This document shows positions 35,798 through 48,743 of a stretch of 64,000 nt of DNA, in pieces. This stretch comes from Trypanosoma brucei. Lineage: Eukaryota. The DNA is taken from positions 1-64,000 of the forward strand of contig AE017150.2 in the NCBI GenBank assembly GCA_000002445.1, read 5' to 3'. The translations under genes and the position numbers were made by a program. Within the stretch, counting starts at the first letter, position 1; every line of letters starts with the position of its first letter. The notes under the pieces are model-generated. The model did not search any database. It saw only the letters and a program-made list of their open reading frames with translations, and was not told the origin of the DNA.

Positions 35798-38167
35798 TCA
35801 GGCAGCGGGGCCACCAGCAATAGCGTTTGGTTCATCCTGGGTGATCTCCTTAACAATATTCCCTTCCATCTTCACTTGAAACTGGTTGATTCTATTCCAC
35901 AACTCTGTAGTATAATCGCCTCTGCCCCCAACTGGTTCGCACTTCTGCCTCTCCTCGATTGGCTTGCTGTCACTGTACTGTATGTAAATCAGTTCCCATT
36001 TCAAGTTTCTTGCGAGCTCATCCCATTCACCAAACAATTTTTTCATTGCCTTGATAAACTTATCTACCTTCGCTCGTGTCGTGTGATGCGTTGGTGCCAC
36101 TGTCGCCTGGAGCAGAACAATTGTTGTTGCGGTGATCGCCCTTCCTTCTCTATCAACAGCTGGCTCAGTTACAAAGAAAAAGGCGTCCACAACGGGGAAA
36201 TTTCCCTGTACAGGTCGGTAGAAGCACCCGACCTCAATGTCTTGGCCTGTCGTTTCGGGGTTAAACTGACGAAGTGAAGTTGGAACACGTCCCACGGCAT
36301 TACCACTTGCCAGAACGGATACATTTGAATCCATTTCTTCTCCAACGCGAGGGAGATACCGCAGGTGCGTCACAATCGTCTGCACAACATTTCCCATCGT
36401 GAAGGCATATACGCCCACATTTTCAAATTCATCAGCGGCCCGCTCTTCTTTCCCACGAAAAACCTTTCGAAGGTAATTGTCTCGCATACATGCTGTGTTC
36501 GCCCACACTCTCAATTTCTGCTCAATATCAATGGAAACAGCTCTGTTTCTGCATTCTTCTCCATTCTCAGTTACAACCCGGACCAACTTAGCTAACATGT
36601 AAGTAGTCCCGTCCTGGCGCCATTGAACTCGACTATTCAGCACCTTCATGTAGTGACTATCATCGCCTCTACTGATTTCTGCCAGTGCCTCATTTATTTC
36701 TCTAACGCGGCCCTTGTAGCGTTTTTCACCTTCCAGTACTTGGCGGGCCAGTGGGCCCACCTTCTTAATCCATCCCAATGTTTTCTGCCATTCATTCTCA
36801 AGGTTTATGATGTGAGCTTCGGTGATTTTACTTTCCTCCAACTTCGACAGCCGCCTCCACGCAACCGCAGCCTTCAGTTCCACCTCTTCATAGCAATTGA
36901 TGCAAAGGAACTCGCAACCCCGTGGTTCCTTCCAGTCTTTGTAGTTATTTGGATCTGGAGATGTCAACACAATTACGGGCCACGCTCCCGGCAAGTCTGC
37001 GGGTATGGGTTGGTGCCTGTCTTTCCAAAAGTCGTATATAATGTAACCAAGAACTTTTTCAACAACGAAGGCCTCAACAGCATCCAATCCATCTTTTTCT
37101 TTTTCATAGAATACAACCTTTCCCGGATGATCGTTTGTCGCCCTGAAGAAAATATATGCCCTACCCTTCACAAAATAAGCGATATTCCGCAACAGCTCCG
37201 AATCGTAATGCAGCAACCTTTGAAGCAGAAACGAGCCAACACCAAATGATTTCCCAATACCTGGAGTGCCAACGAGGACGCAAGGAATCTGTTTTTTATT
37301 CACGCCTGGCCCTAACCACAAATCCAGCCTGTGCTTCACGAGATACCACACTCTCATTACCTCTCGACGAATGTACACATCCCCGTCAAACACGTAGTCT
37401 CCTGGTTCTTCCGCTTCCTCTTGAATTGCATGTTCCGGAATGCTGAAAGAGTTATACGGCCAACCCTCCTGCGAGGTGAGCACAGCAATCTCTAAATTAC
37501 CGTGACGAGGCAGTGGGTCGCACAAGTCATAAGGCGTGTGACTGACATTCACCTCCTCTTCTGTCCACAACTCGGGCTCGCCGTCACTATTACCCACCAC
37601 CTTCATGCCAAGAGGTAAATCATTGTGACCCGACTCCACATAACCCCATGTCGCATTGTATATGGATTCATATACTCCTTTCAGTTCGACACCATCAGCT
37701 GTTTGGTGAGCTCGTTCCCTTGCTTCTTTGGCAATGCGCAGTGCACTGTCCAACTTTGTCGCTGCCACGGGACCAACAAATTCCCTTATTTGCGCTGTTG
37801 CATTTTCTTCCCATTGGTGAATGTCTTCAATCCTATTACGAGGCAGATAAATAACTGCCCTCAGTAATTGAAACTCATCAAGCCGCTGTATCCTTCCTAG
37901 AAACCCGGCATTCACAATATAATCCTCCGGGCTCTGAACAAAGACACCCACTGACACATTAGAAGTGCCGAGGGTTTCACCGAAGTGATGATTCAAAAGG
38001 TCATGCAATTTCATATCCCTCAAACCCGCAAAGCGTTGAAGCAATACATCTTCAATAGAACTATTCATCGTCCATGTTGGTCCCTCTTCATCCCCGCGCA
38101 GTCTCTTGAGAAAACGCCTTGCCGCATGTAAGCCATCAGTATAGAAACGCCGCATTGAATTCCACAT
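35798..38167 (-). CDS. RHS: RHS protein, ~789 aa from first ATG
   Basis: The track start at 38254 is GTG. The first ATG at 38165-38167 gives MWNSMRRFYTDGLHAARR, identical in position to the start of paralog 61399..63768 (~97% identical). VGTPGIGKS, LEIAVLTSQEGWPY, VYIRREVMRVW, WELIYIQ. Confidence 0.85.
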   Translation of the reverse strand: MWNSMRRFYTDGLHAARRFLKRLRGDEEGPTWTMNSSIEDVLLQRFAGLRDMKLHDLLNHHFGETLGTSNVSVGVFVQSPEDYIVNAGFLGRIQRLDEFQLLRAVIYLPRNRIEDIHQWEENATAQIREFVGPVAATKLDSALRIAKEARERAHQTADGVELKGVYESIYNATWGYVESGHNDLPLGMKVVGNSDGEPELWTEEEVNVSHTPYDLCDPLPRHGNLEIAVLTSQEGWPYNSFSIPEHAIQEEAEEPGDYVFDGDVYIRREVMRVWYLVKHRLDLWLGPGVNKKQIPCVLVGTPGIGKSFGVGSFLLQRLLHYDSELLRNIAYFVKGRAYIFFRATNDHPGKVVFYEKEKDGLDAVEAFVVEKVLGYIIYDFWKDRHQPIPADLPGAWPVIVLTSPDPNNYKDWKEPRGCEFLCINCYEEVELKAAVAWRRLSKLEESKITEAHIINLENEWQKTLGWIKKVGPLARQVLEGEKRYKGRVREINEALAEISRGDDSHYMKVLNSRVQWRQDGTTYMLAKLVRVVTENGEECRNRAVSIDIEQKLRVWANTACMRDNYLRKVFRGKEERAADEFENVGVYAFTMGNVVQTIVTHLRYLPRVGEEMDSNVSVLASGNAVGRVPTSLRQFNPETTGQDIEVGCFYRPVQGNFPVVDAFFFVTEPAVDREGRAITATTIVLLQATVAPTHHTTRAKVDKFIKAMKKLFGEWDELARNLKWELIYIQYSDSKPIEERQKCEPVGGRGDYTTELWNRINQFQVKMEGNIVKEITQDEPNAIAGGPAA

Positions 38168-38254
38168 TGCTAATGCCCTATTGTCTCGTTGTCTAGCAAC
38201 TGCAAAATTAAAGTAACGTATGAGGAAAATAATAGTGTGTAAATAATGTAACAC

Positions 38255-41135
38255 AATATCAAATGTAATAGAGCAAGATAATGTTTATTCACTATAGTTT
38301 GTATAATATGATATCATAATGTATTTGGTATTGAGAGGAACAATTTCAAAATATAGCAGCTGTAAATAAATATTTCCCTTGCTTCATCATCATGTTCTAA
38401 AAATAATTAATTTCCTGCATCATTCTTTCTAAACCATATATAATATGGAAACAAAAAATATTACTGCCTCATATACATGCATCAACACTACGTATATATA
38501 ATCAATATTTAAAGAGAGTCAAATTCTATCAATTAAAATCAAGTAAAACAAAAAACAAAAAAATTTATGGATATTAATGAAGCGAAGAAAAAGAGTATCG
38601 GCACAACACATAGATATATACACACATGAATACACACCACACAATTGCTTCTTTATTTATCCTCCCCATTTTTACAATTCATAATATTCACTTGCATTGA
38701 ATAAACTCATTGAAAATATAAATCACCTATCCCCTCCCCCGTGTATTCACTTACTTCCAAAGGAGAATATTAAATAATGTCTGTAGGACAGGTAAAAAAA
38801 AAAAACTGATAGTCTTTTTGCATCAGATAACCAGAGAGTATTTCTGTTTACTTTCATAATAAACAAAAACATTCTTTCACCTTCAGTTAAAATAAAATTG
38901 ATTTACTTGCCTCCTTACTGTTCACAACCATCAACAACTAATTCAGCCCCACATATTCACATGTATTTTATGTGCCATCGTTGTTTGATTTATTCACACA
39001 TCTTCCATGATGGTGATGATACAACATATGAAAAATTATTGAAATACAATTAATACAATTATTTGAGGAACCCATGAAAGACTATCATAACATATCTTTT
39101 ATTTTCCCTCCTTTCATTTACAAAAATTAAATATGTAATGAGACAATTCCCTTTCAGTACGTGTCCACACTTATTGTATCATCATTGTAAGTTTCCTATT
39201 GCTCACATACACAGAGCTATTGGAACAACAAAAACATAAAACAACACATCTAAACAACTTGATAAAATATATAATAAATAAATAAAGGTAATAAAGAGAA
39301 TGAGCGTGAACAGACAGATAATAAAATGAAACACGTCTCGTACTTTCCTTATAAATATTCAATAGTTGGCGGATTACAAATAAAAACAATTACACATTAT
39401 AGAAAGGAAAGGATATAATTACATTATACACCTGCATGTGGATATGTAACAGTGAGTCATAGTAGAAATAAATTGTCTAAACACAATAGTTATGGAAGAT
39501 AAAATAATTCAAAATATCAATAATATTATTCTATCAACATTCCCTTCCTTCTCCATTAAGTTTTCAATGGATTTAAATAATAATTCACATAATCCCATAC
39601 ATATGTTATGACGGGTATTGCATGCAGTACAATTTAAAGGAAGTGAAACTCATATAACATTTTCAAAAAAAAAAGGCATTGAATGGTTGTTTGCTACCAT
39701 CAATTACATTTCCAATGCCTAATTACACTTTTGTATGCATGAAGGAAGTTACTGATGATAACTTTGACATGCTCGAGAATCCATAACACAAAGCGACTGC
39801 TGCATGCAATAAAAAATAAAAATATAAATAACATCCGAATTCATTTACTGACAGATGAGTGCAATTCATTCATCCAAACTTCATAGCTGTAAACATAAAC
39901 TCGTTGCTGCCAATAGGAAATAATCCCGCATAAATATTGAGTATCTGAAAATGATAGCAACGGGTTTCCATTTTTGAAATATATGCATAAACTACATGAG
40001 GTATATGAAGCCATATTGGTAAAGTGTCACTACACATGTTGCAATTTACTATCAGAAGTGTCTGCCTTATTTTATTTCTTGTGTTACTGTAACTCATGAG
40101 TATTATTCATTATTCTTTACAATACAACTGTAAGTCATTTTGCATTTTTTTATATTTCCTTATTCTCTCATACTGGAAGTATTCCACATATGAGATTCCT
40201 CAATATCGTTCACAAATAAAAATAATTTTATTTACTTCTGCATTCAGTTTCTTGTGCAGCAGTGTGTGTACTAATCATCCATAAAGTTTTTAATTTGCCA
40301 AATACATCATTACGAAACTATTTTCATACACATGCACAAACAAACCGTTGGGACAATATCTTTGAGGAATTTCCTTCACTATATTTGCAGTTCAGTAGTA
40401 ATTAAAATACACTTTTTGTATAATTCAACACATGGTGGAATTGCAAAGAAATGTGATGGTACTTATAATCAATAAGTTCCCAATTTTCCTCACATGGTCT
40501 CTTTTCATGCCTTTCCACACATATATAATTCACAGAGAATTACTGCAATATCCTTCATATGCTTTCAGGATTCCATATGTCACAATACAAATAATATACA
40601 TTTACACATATATATAATTTGGACAGCATATTGCTTAACATATAAATTATCACAAACCTATGATATTACACTCCTCCTAAGAATAATAGAATCAAATCAT
40701 TTCTATTTTGCATCATTACATGAAGCTTTGGAAAAGAAAAAAAAAGAATCAAACAAAAGGTAATGTAAAGAACACAGTTTCATAATACAGATTATAACTT
40801 GTTTGTGAATTTCAGATGCAAACACAAAATGTTCAAACAGTAAAACAGTAAAGGATAGTACTGGTGATGTAAGCACAAATTAATCAAAAATAGAAACATA
40901 AATAAAATTGAAACTTATAAAAACACAAATATATATGATACAAATATTTACCACATATTATAATTCGCCACCCTCACACTTGAATTAGAAAGAGTACATA
41001 ACACACATATGTGGTAAAACTAATACAACTCGAGTATACGTATGTGCCATCTTCATAACATAATCATTCTAATATTTACTCAGTATGTGTGTCTGTGTGT
41101 GTGTCTGTGTGTGTAGAAATGATGAAATGTAATTG
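38255..41135. repeat. RHS 5'-flank repeat, copy 3
   Basis: Collinear with 4240-7165, including the ggtggaattgcaaagaaatgtgatggtacttataatc block. Confidence 0.8.
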
Positions 41136-42480
41136 TAACAAATCAGGCACAACACAAACAAAATATATGAATTATATTATTCTCTAAAAAGTAGAAGAAT
41201 AAAAATCAAGAAATATTACGCAGCTTTTCTCACAAGTAATTTTGTTTCTGTATATAACACGACAGCTGACAACATTAAACTCTCAATTCCATAATATCTG
41301 ACACCTGAAGTGATAATTAGCAGCGGATGCCTTTAACAAAAAACAACAGAAATAACAACATCAAAGCATGTTTTGAAAGCTTAAATAAACTTCCTCATGG
41401 ATAAACCATTTGTACGAAGTTTGAGTGCCAAGTTGGAGGAACAAAGAAAAAATAAAAAAAGAAGAATTAAATGGTAAAACAATTGCGTGTGATATAACTA
41501 AAGGATTTGTTAGGCACTACACTCATTAAACTCCAGTTTCATAAAAATACTGCAAGGCATAATATTTACTGCTTTACCGGTTATGTGCCTCCAGCAAGCA
41601 ATAATAAATACTTCGAGTATTATTCAATTTCTGATGCTATGAAGTGTGTAATAAATTAGTGCGGGAGCAAAATATTCAAATGTTGGTGTTCACTTCAAAT
41701 TATAACCTCTGCACTATGAATGTCTCTCGATGTTTATAATTTGAGAGAGCAAAAGTGACGGCGCTATTACTTATTTCTTCCAGTTCATGAATACATACAC
41801 ATATTTATACATATATAATCAGAGGTGACACGCAAAAGCGTTTAAACATCAGGCATGAACATCTTTCCATTCAAAGTAAGACGATACAATAAGGTAAGTT
41901 TAGGATGAAGTGAAGGTATCATAATGTTAATATCTTCCTTCAAGCGGAGGATTCAATTCAAATAGGCGTACTTCACAAACAATAGTAAAATAACTGAGAA
42001 AACTTATATCACTTAATCGTTATTTCCTTCAATTCTTATTTTGAATCGCTCTGTACCGTCACACCTTCAATAAAGTATATAGTGACGCATTTCATACATC
42101 CTCCCTAAGCCATCTCTCATAGTCATTAGCTCTCAACAGCAATAATAACAAATAATGAATAGTTTAGTTCTTACCTTCCCTTTTTTACTACCCACAAGAA
42201 AGATATACGAAATAATTATCATACTGAATAAACAGTAGGCGTTCCTCATTATCCTACACAAAATATGAATTGAAACGATAATTTACTAACGGAGCGGAAG
42301 TGTCTGAAAGCGTCTTTAACTCGTCTCCTGTGCGGGGCGAAGAGGGTTGTGTTGTGTGGGCTTTCTAAAAATTTCACTCTCTTGCAGACAGCTGTGTAAA
42401 TAAACGGGGAGTACAGGTGTGTTTAGAGAAAGATAACCGTACAAAATAATACTCTGCACTCCTATGACCAAAACAACCAT
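41130..42480. repeat. 1.35 kb repeat also present at 50790-52170
   Basis: aattgtaacaaa(t/c)caggcacaacacaaacaaaatatatg...ggggcgaagagggttgtgttgtgtgggctttctaaaaatttcactctcttgcagacagctg is shared; the copies diverge after ~42500 and ~52195. Confidence 0.8.
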
Positions 42481-43149
42481 TCATAATGCAGGCTTTCAAA
42501 ATACACGATATCATCTCAACAAATTGTAATTTTTTTTTGCATAATGTCCTCCAGAAGACAGAACAACAGATGACACAGTTAAATAACACATGACAAACAA
42601 GGAATATAACCGCACATCCTCAGCAGTAAATGTTTCAGTTTCTCCTTTAAAAAAAAAAAAGAAAAATAAAACAGTTTCACACGTGTGGTCCAAAAGCTGC
42701 ATCAGCCAATACAATATCTTGACAGCTTGTCACGCAGTCTTGCCTCAAGAAGAAAATAAATCATTCATCTCTGCTTTCCTTAGTTGATAAATGAGATCCC
42801 ATGCTGTGTTAACTCCCGTCTCCATTCAAAAAGTTGACTCAACGTTATGACGAGGCAGTGACCAAAAACAATCCAAATGCAATTCTAAATTTCTTCATAT
42901 TACGTTTTCAGTTTTATTACACATTTCCCCAACCATTCCAAGTACTAACAGGAATAATTTGGTTCTATAATAATGCATGTGTTTTCTACAGCTCTTTCAT
43001 TTTGTTATGATCCGCACAAAAATTATATATGTGGTTGTTGATTCGTCCTGTCAATCAAAGTAACAATCATAATAATTAATTTTCCCCTTTTCTTCATTTT
43101 TTCTATTAGCACATGTGCACCTTGGTGAGATCACTTTCACTCATTTGCA

Positions 43150-45100
43150 CTGATTGGTCAACACTATTTAGTTCGTTATTCAACACACTCCCTTACATGT
43201 CCTCCTCTCACCATTTATAACCCACACGAGCAGCATCAAATATAAATTGTGAAGAGGTATGAGATCACAAGGAGCTCGCTCTCATTGAGAAGGTTGGATG
43301 CGTCATATATATATAATCATGTAATCCCTTTCCATTTCAACAATACGCAAACCTCAACTGCGGAATCGACTTTGAATGAGTTGACCTCGTCAGCATGAAA
43401 CGGGGCCCGCCAAGTGGCATGAACATTAATCTTATCAGTAAACATGTGTTTGAGGTGTTGGTAATAAATGGGGTCAAAGAAAACATAAGTGCGTATCATC
43501 TTCCCCGTTATGCCCGAGTGGAAAATATACATCATCTCCGTGAAGATAATTGTATCCATGTTGTATCAATTCCTCATCCAGCTCTTCATCCTTATCAGTA
43601 CCCAAACGAAGTGCCATCGCCTAACTTTTTCCGTGAATGCACTCACACCTTTGAGCTAACGAGTTCCAGCAACTTTGCAACTGTCATACGGCTCGGGAAT
43701 CCATGAGAATTTATGATCATATCTGTGCAAATGCCTTTACTCATTGAAGGGCATGTTAACACACCATCAGTCATGAGATCCACTACTCCCTCCAGCCAGC
43801 GCCGTGAGGAAAACTTATTTCAGACCTCGGGACCGCGAACTTCTCTCGTAGTAACTTTAACTTTATTGTTCTACATCCATTGATATATCCGAGTCACTGG
43901 AAGGTGAGAGATGAACACATTTGGTCCACAACAGCAGGCTGAGGGTATTTATTATATTCAAGAAAATTAGGTCTTGGTTCCTTGAAAGGCACGGGAGTGT
44001 ATTTGTTTACAAAAATATCAAACTGACAAACAGCCGCACCTTTACTACTGGCAATACCATCACTACTAAAGGCATTGTGTCTCGCAACATTCCAATCTGT
44101 TGGAAGAATTATATCATACATACTCACCGTTGGGAAGTCTTTCCAGTTCCATCTCATGCTTACAAAAAACAACATAGCACCCATAGCCACAATTGAGCGA
44201 ACTGCGGTTGTGTACACCTTTGCGTCTTCAATATTGTAACCTCTATAGCTCATAATGCATACCATCGTATTAATTCCTGCACCTAATATTTCGTAGTTGC
44301 TTAGGTTCATAGCCTTCGTCCGGCAAAGGGACAGTTGAGAGTAAGCACTCAACATAAGTACTGTGTCCATTTCTAATGTACTGATTATACGCAATGGTTC
44401 CAACAGCTTGCTTGCCCATGGCTGACTGTAATGTGTTTCGTGCAAATTGATTGTGATGTGGAAAGGAAAATAATGCTAGCGACAACTCCAAGTGAGCCTC
44501 GTGTACTGCTCAATGTCTTTGTGGTGAACTGCTATAAGAGAGTCATTCGCTTCGTCATATAAGTCAATGAATTCCACAACAAGCCCTCAACTAAAATATC
44601 GTTAATCGATCACTTGCTTGAACTCAAGTTATCCAGATGTTAAGAAATTACAGCGTGTTTCCCATCGCAAACGAAAACATACAACCTCACGATCCTTCCG
44701 CCAACACAAACAATTTGAACACTCTTCTGACGGTCATTTATCGCAATTGAAACGTAAGGATGCAAGCGGCCTGTGTTCCTCAGGGTTCGTAATACATCCC
44801 GACACAAACGGCTCATGTATCGATAAACGCACATCAGCACTTCATTGAGGAAAACTGTGTAGTATTTAAGAAATTCGTTAAGACTGATATAATCTATTTC
44901 CTCCACTCCAATATTGTACGCATCCGCGTGTAAACAAACAAATTATCCATGTCTAGTGTTACCTGACTAAGAATGGCAAAATTATTAACCAAACAGCAAC
45001 AACTTTCACCCTCTGGGGTATCGCAAGGAGGGATATACACCATTCCCCATTGACTTGAATAGAGAAATAATGATCCGCACATGTGGGTCAATAGACGAGG
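43150..45100 (-). pseudogene. Pseudogene fragment of the second-largest subunit of a multisubunit DNA-directed RNA polymerase (RPB2/RPA2/RPC2 family), C-terminal half, with multiple frameshifts and stops
   Basis: Minus-strand ORFs 44894..45091 (YSSQWGMVYIPPCDTPEGESCCCLVNNF), 44270..44491 ([27 protein letters not shown]), 43894..44445 (MDTVLML...[23 protein letters not shown]...AVVDQ) and 43317..43559 (GKMIRTYVFFDPIYYQHLKHMFTDKINVHA) match, in colinear order, conserved RPB2 blocks ([22 protein letters not shown]; [22 protein letters not shown]; [52 protein letters not shown]). One frameshift is pinned to ~44355 (...aat cag tac att aga a|atg gac aca...). A PSRMTVAKLLE block lies in another frame at ~43640. 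Confidence 0.7.
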
Positions 45101-46166
45101 CCATGGTCACTCCACTGCTGCCGTTACATATGATCACTGCATGGTTTTTATATCAATGTTGATGATGATGTGGGATTTGCTGCTGGAGGCAACCAACAAC
45201 ATAAGTTTAAGGTTGCCACGTGTGAAGAGAGGCCCAACTGCCAACCCTCAACCAGGATAACAGAAGTGATTATAAGGAAAGAGAAGACAACATATCATAG
45301 TATGTTTACCCACCGACAAATAACTGAAGAAAGAGAGAGAGAGAGAAAGAGAGGAAAATAGAAACAATCACGTCACCTGCTGCGCGTCTGCGAAGAACAC
45401 CATCAAGAGCTGCTCCATAACTGCAACCATAACTAACATGTATAATATAATTATAACAGCTCGTATATGAAACAGCACATCCAGTAACTGCTTCTAATGT
45501 TTGCATATTTCACTCCGTCACAATCTCTCTCCCATGACACCTACTGGAAACACAACTCAGAGGAGTTATAGTTGAGGCATGTTTCCAATACGCCCTCTCC
45601 ACCACGGATGGCAAAGAAGCAAAAAGTACCATTACATTTTTGTTCCTTTTATCATTGGTCTATAGATCCCTATCTCTACACGGATGGAAAATTTAGATTG
45701 TATAAATGAAAAGAAGATGTGAAGAGTTAGTGTAGTATAATCCAATTCTTTAGTTAGTAACAGCACAAATGAAAACAAAACGTTACAATGTTTTCTTACG
45801 TCCGTCGATAACATTATTTCTGTCTTTCTCTGTGCCCCTTAAGATTACGATGTGGCTTAACTCCAGTTACGCGTTAGCCGATAAAATACTACTTTTGCTA
45901 TTCCTTAGTCGTCTTCATTTCCACTTCCCTTCCCTCACCTCCGGCACTCAAGTGAATTATCACGTCCCTTTCCTTGCAGCAGCTGCGGAAGCTCATTACT
46001 GGTGGACAAACAACACACTTGGAATGGCGCAACGGGGCACTTCAAGTTGTGATCATAAACCAAACCAGGTACAAAAACGAACCCGCTCCTCCTAATGGTT
46101 GGTTCCCTCCTCTTTAAGCATTTGTCACTCTTAACAGCAACGCCGTGCACTGCTAAAAAAAAACAA

Positions 46167-48743
46167 TTACGCGTCTTCACCTCCTTCCACGTCGTCCATT
46201 GCTACGTCACCTCGCCCCTCCACAACCTCTTCACGAGCGCGCCGCCTTCCCGCCAGTCCCATCAATGCTGGTGCATCTCGCATGCCAGATTCTCGGCGAT
46301 ATGCCTGAATTAATTCCGCTTGCATCGTTTCCTTGAGTGTCACTTGGAATTGGTCGATGGATTCCCAAAATGTTTGCGGTCCCAGAGGACCTCCGTCCTC
46401 ACCTCCAGCTCTATCGGGAGGTCCTTCGCAAAGTTGCCTGCGGGTTATCGTGCCACCGTTAACCGAATTAATGTATATCATTTCCCAAGCCATGTTACCC
46501 GAAAACGTGTTCCAGTCGGAAAAATAACTTGCTATGTTTTCTCGGAACTTCTGCACCTTATCCGTAGTGGTGGGGTGCCTCTCCGACTTGGTTACTTGTA
46601 AAAGCACAGCTATATTTGGAGTGGTCGGTGGCGCTGTTCCGTCACGGTTTCTCCTGAGCCGCCCCTCAACGAAAAAAAAGCCATCCACCACGGGTTCATT
46701 GCCTGTGGCAGGGAGGTAGAGAACCATGTGTTCACAGCGTTCAATTGGTCGCTGTTGGGCCGCAGGTAAGGCCTTCTGCCCAATGAGTCTCAACTGCTGA
46801 GGAGCCATGTCGTTCAGTATGCTTCGACGGTCAGCTATTTCTCTGCCTCGTCGCAGGTATTTCAAGTTGTTTGCGATAACTTTAAAAACTCGAGGGAAAA
46901 GAAGCGAAAGCAACGCAAGCCTTTCAAAAGCGTTGGCCCCGACACTCTCGTCTGACATTATAATCTCCTTTGACGTCATCTCCACAATAAGAATGCCAAA
47001 TAATGTGCAAATCAACATATTCCAAATGTTGACAGAAAGCGATCTGCAACGATATGATTCGACATTGACAGTCCCAGAGCTTACCCGCACTATCTTCACC
47101 AATTTGTGCGTTACCACATCATTTTGCCAGTCCGAAGATTTTCCAATAATCTTATCATATTTCTTTCCGTTTTCGCTATCGAGCTGCCTAGCTTCTTTAC
47201 GCACACATTCCAGTCGTGCGTCATAGTCAGGGGCTGAGAAAACAAAACGAGGCAATGGACCAACCATGTCAATGCGCTCTTCCACAATTTTCCACTCGCT
47301 TTCAAGCTCCTCCATTAACTGCTGCCTCGTTTTGTCGCGCGGCGCCTCCTCCGAAAGCACACACAGCTTTTTCCATGCCACAAATGCCTTCATGTCGCGC
47401 ACATCATCACAGTTTATAATAATATGGCGGTCTCCCCTATTCTTTGCCCAGTGCTCGTAATGTGCCGTATCCGGAGAAGTGAGGATAGTTACACCCCAAA
47501 AAGGTGAAGGAAGATTCTGCGGTGGAGTTTCATTCTTTTCACTGATATCAACAATTACGTGCCCCTTCTTTTCGTACTTTACTGCATCTATGGCCTTAAC
47601 AGCAGCTTTCACGTGTTCATACTGCACAACCCTTTCCTCTTCTCCGGGTTTCTTGTTATATATGAGGAAGGCGTTCCCGTCTGTGAAATATGCAACAACA
47701 TCAAGCATTCCATCATTGAAGTGAAGCAATGAATGAAGCAAAAATGATCCAACTCCATACGACTTTCCAATACCAGGTGTACCAATAACAATATGTATCG
47801 GTGGTCTGTGGGCTGTGTCATTCAGCCACCATGTTTGCAGCCCTCGTTGGATTATATACCACACGCGCATGATTTCACGACGGATGTATACGTGGTTGCA
47901 AATTGCTCTGCATTTCTTCCTTAAGCACAGTGAAAACCCGTTGTATGGCCAACCCTTCTCCGAAGTGAGAACGAAAATCTCCAAACCATTGGGTCTCTCC
48001 TCAATCTCTGCATCAACATTCGCAGGGTCAGGAGTTATATCCACCTCCGCTTCGGTCCATATGTGCTGTGGTTTTCCATCAAACACTTTCATGCCAAGTG
48101 GCTCTTCATCATAACCCGACATTACATAACTCCATTTTGCATTATAAATGGAATCATACACTCCTTTCAGTTCGACAGCACTAGCAGCTGTTTGAGCAGC
48201 TCGTTCCAATGCTACATTGAGTGCATCATTCAACATGTTAGTGACAATAATCCAAAGCCGCTCTCCATCTCTCAGTCCACGAATATTCACCTGTAACCCG
48301 GCCTTTACTACCTCATCTGCTTGTTGCCAGCGCTGAAGATTCAATATTCCCTCTCTGAACAACAGGGGGTAAGCAGTAGCAAAAACTTGGTACACTTGAT
48401 ACTCTGTTGTCGCGAATATTCGATTGAGCGCATTAACGTCATTAATATACTCTTCAGGTTCCAGTACGAACACAAACATTGATACATTATTTTCTTCATT
48501 CACATTATATCTTCTGCCAAAATTACGCCTCAAAAAATCATTCAACGTCACATTTTCAGGATGAGCCCGACCATTCAGCAAAACTGCTTCAACGCTGCTG
48601 AAAAGACCCCATCGTGGTTGGTTATTATTCTCCACTCGTTGCTGGACTGCTGGAGGTTCCGCATCGTTACGCGCAGCCTCCTCATTTTCTCGTCTCCTTC
48701 CCTCAATGTCACCCCTTCCTTCAATAGGAACCTGTTGATTCAT
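46167..48743 (-). CDS. RHS: RHS protein, 858 aa, intact
   Basis: ATG at 48741-48743. IGTPGIGKSYGVGSFLLHSLLHF, LEIFVLTSEKGWPYNGF, VYIRREIMRVWYIIQRGL, WEMIYINSVNGG. N-terminus MNQQVPIEGRGDIEGRRRENEE. Confidence 0.9.
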   Translation of the reverse strand: MNQQVPIEGRGDIEGRRRENEEAARNDAEPPAVQQRVENNNQPRWGLFSSVEAVLLNGRAHPENVTLNDFLRRNFGRRYNVNEENNVSMFVFVLEPEEYINDVNALNRIFATTEYQVYQVFATAYPLLFREGILNLQRWQQADEVVKAGLQVNIRGLRDGERLWIIVTNMLNDALNVALERAAQTAASAVELKGVYDSIYNAKWSYVMSGYDEEPLGMKVFDGKPQHIWTEAEVDITPDPANVDAEIEERPNGLEIFVLTSEKGWPYNGFSLCLRKKCRAICNHVYIRREIMRVWYIIQRGLQTWWLNDTAHRPPIHIVIGTPGIGKSYGVGSFLLHSLLHFNDGMLDVVAYFTDGNAFLIYNKKPGEEERVVQYEHVKAAVKAIDAVKYEKKGHVIVDISEKNETPPQNLPSPFWGVTILTSPDTAHYEHWAKNRGDRHIIINCDDVRDMKAFVAWKKLCVLSEEAPRDKTRQQLMEELESEWKIVEERIDMVGPLPRFVFSAPDYDARLECVRKEARQLDSENGKKYDKIIGKSSDWQNDVVTHKLVKIVRVSSGTVNVESYRCRSLSVNIWNMLICTLFGILIVEMTSKEIIMSDESVGANAFERLALLSLLFPRVFKVIANNLKYLRRGREIADRRSILNDMAPQQLRLIGQKALPAAQQRPIERCEHMVLYLPATGNEPVVDGFFFVEGRLRRNRDGTAPPTTPNIAVLLQVTKSERHPTTTDKVQKFRENIASYFSDWNTFSGNMAWEMIYINSVNGGTITRRQLCEGPPDRAGGEDGGPLGPQTFWESIDQFQVTLKETMQAELIQAYRRESGMRDAPALMGLAGRRRAREEVVEGRGDVAMDDVEGGEDA

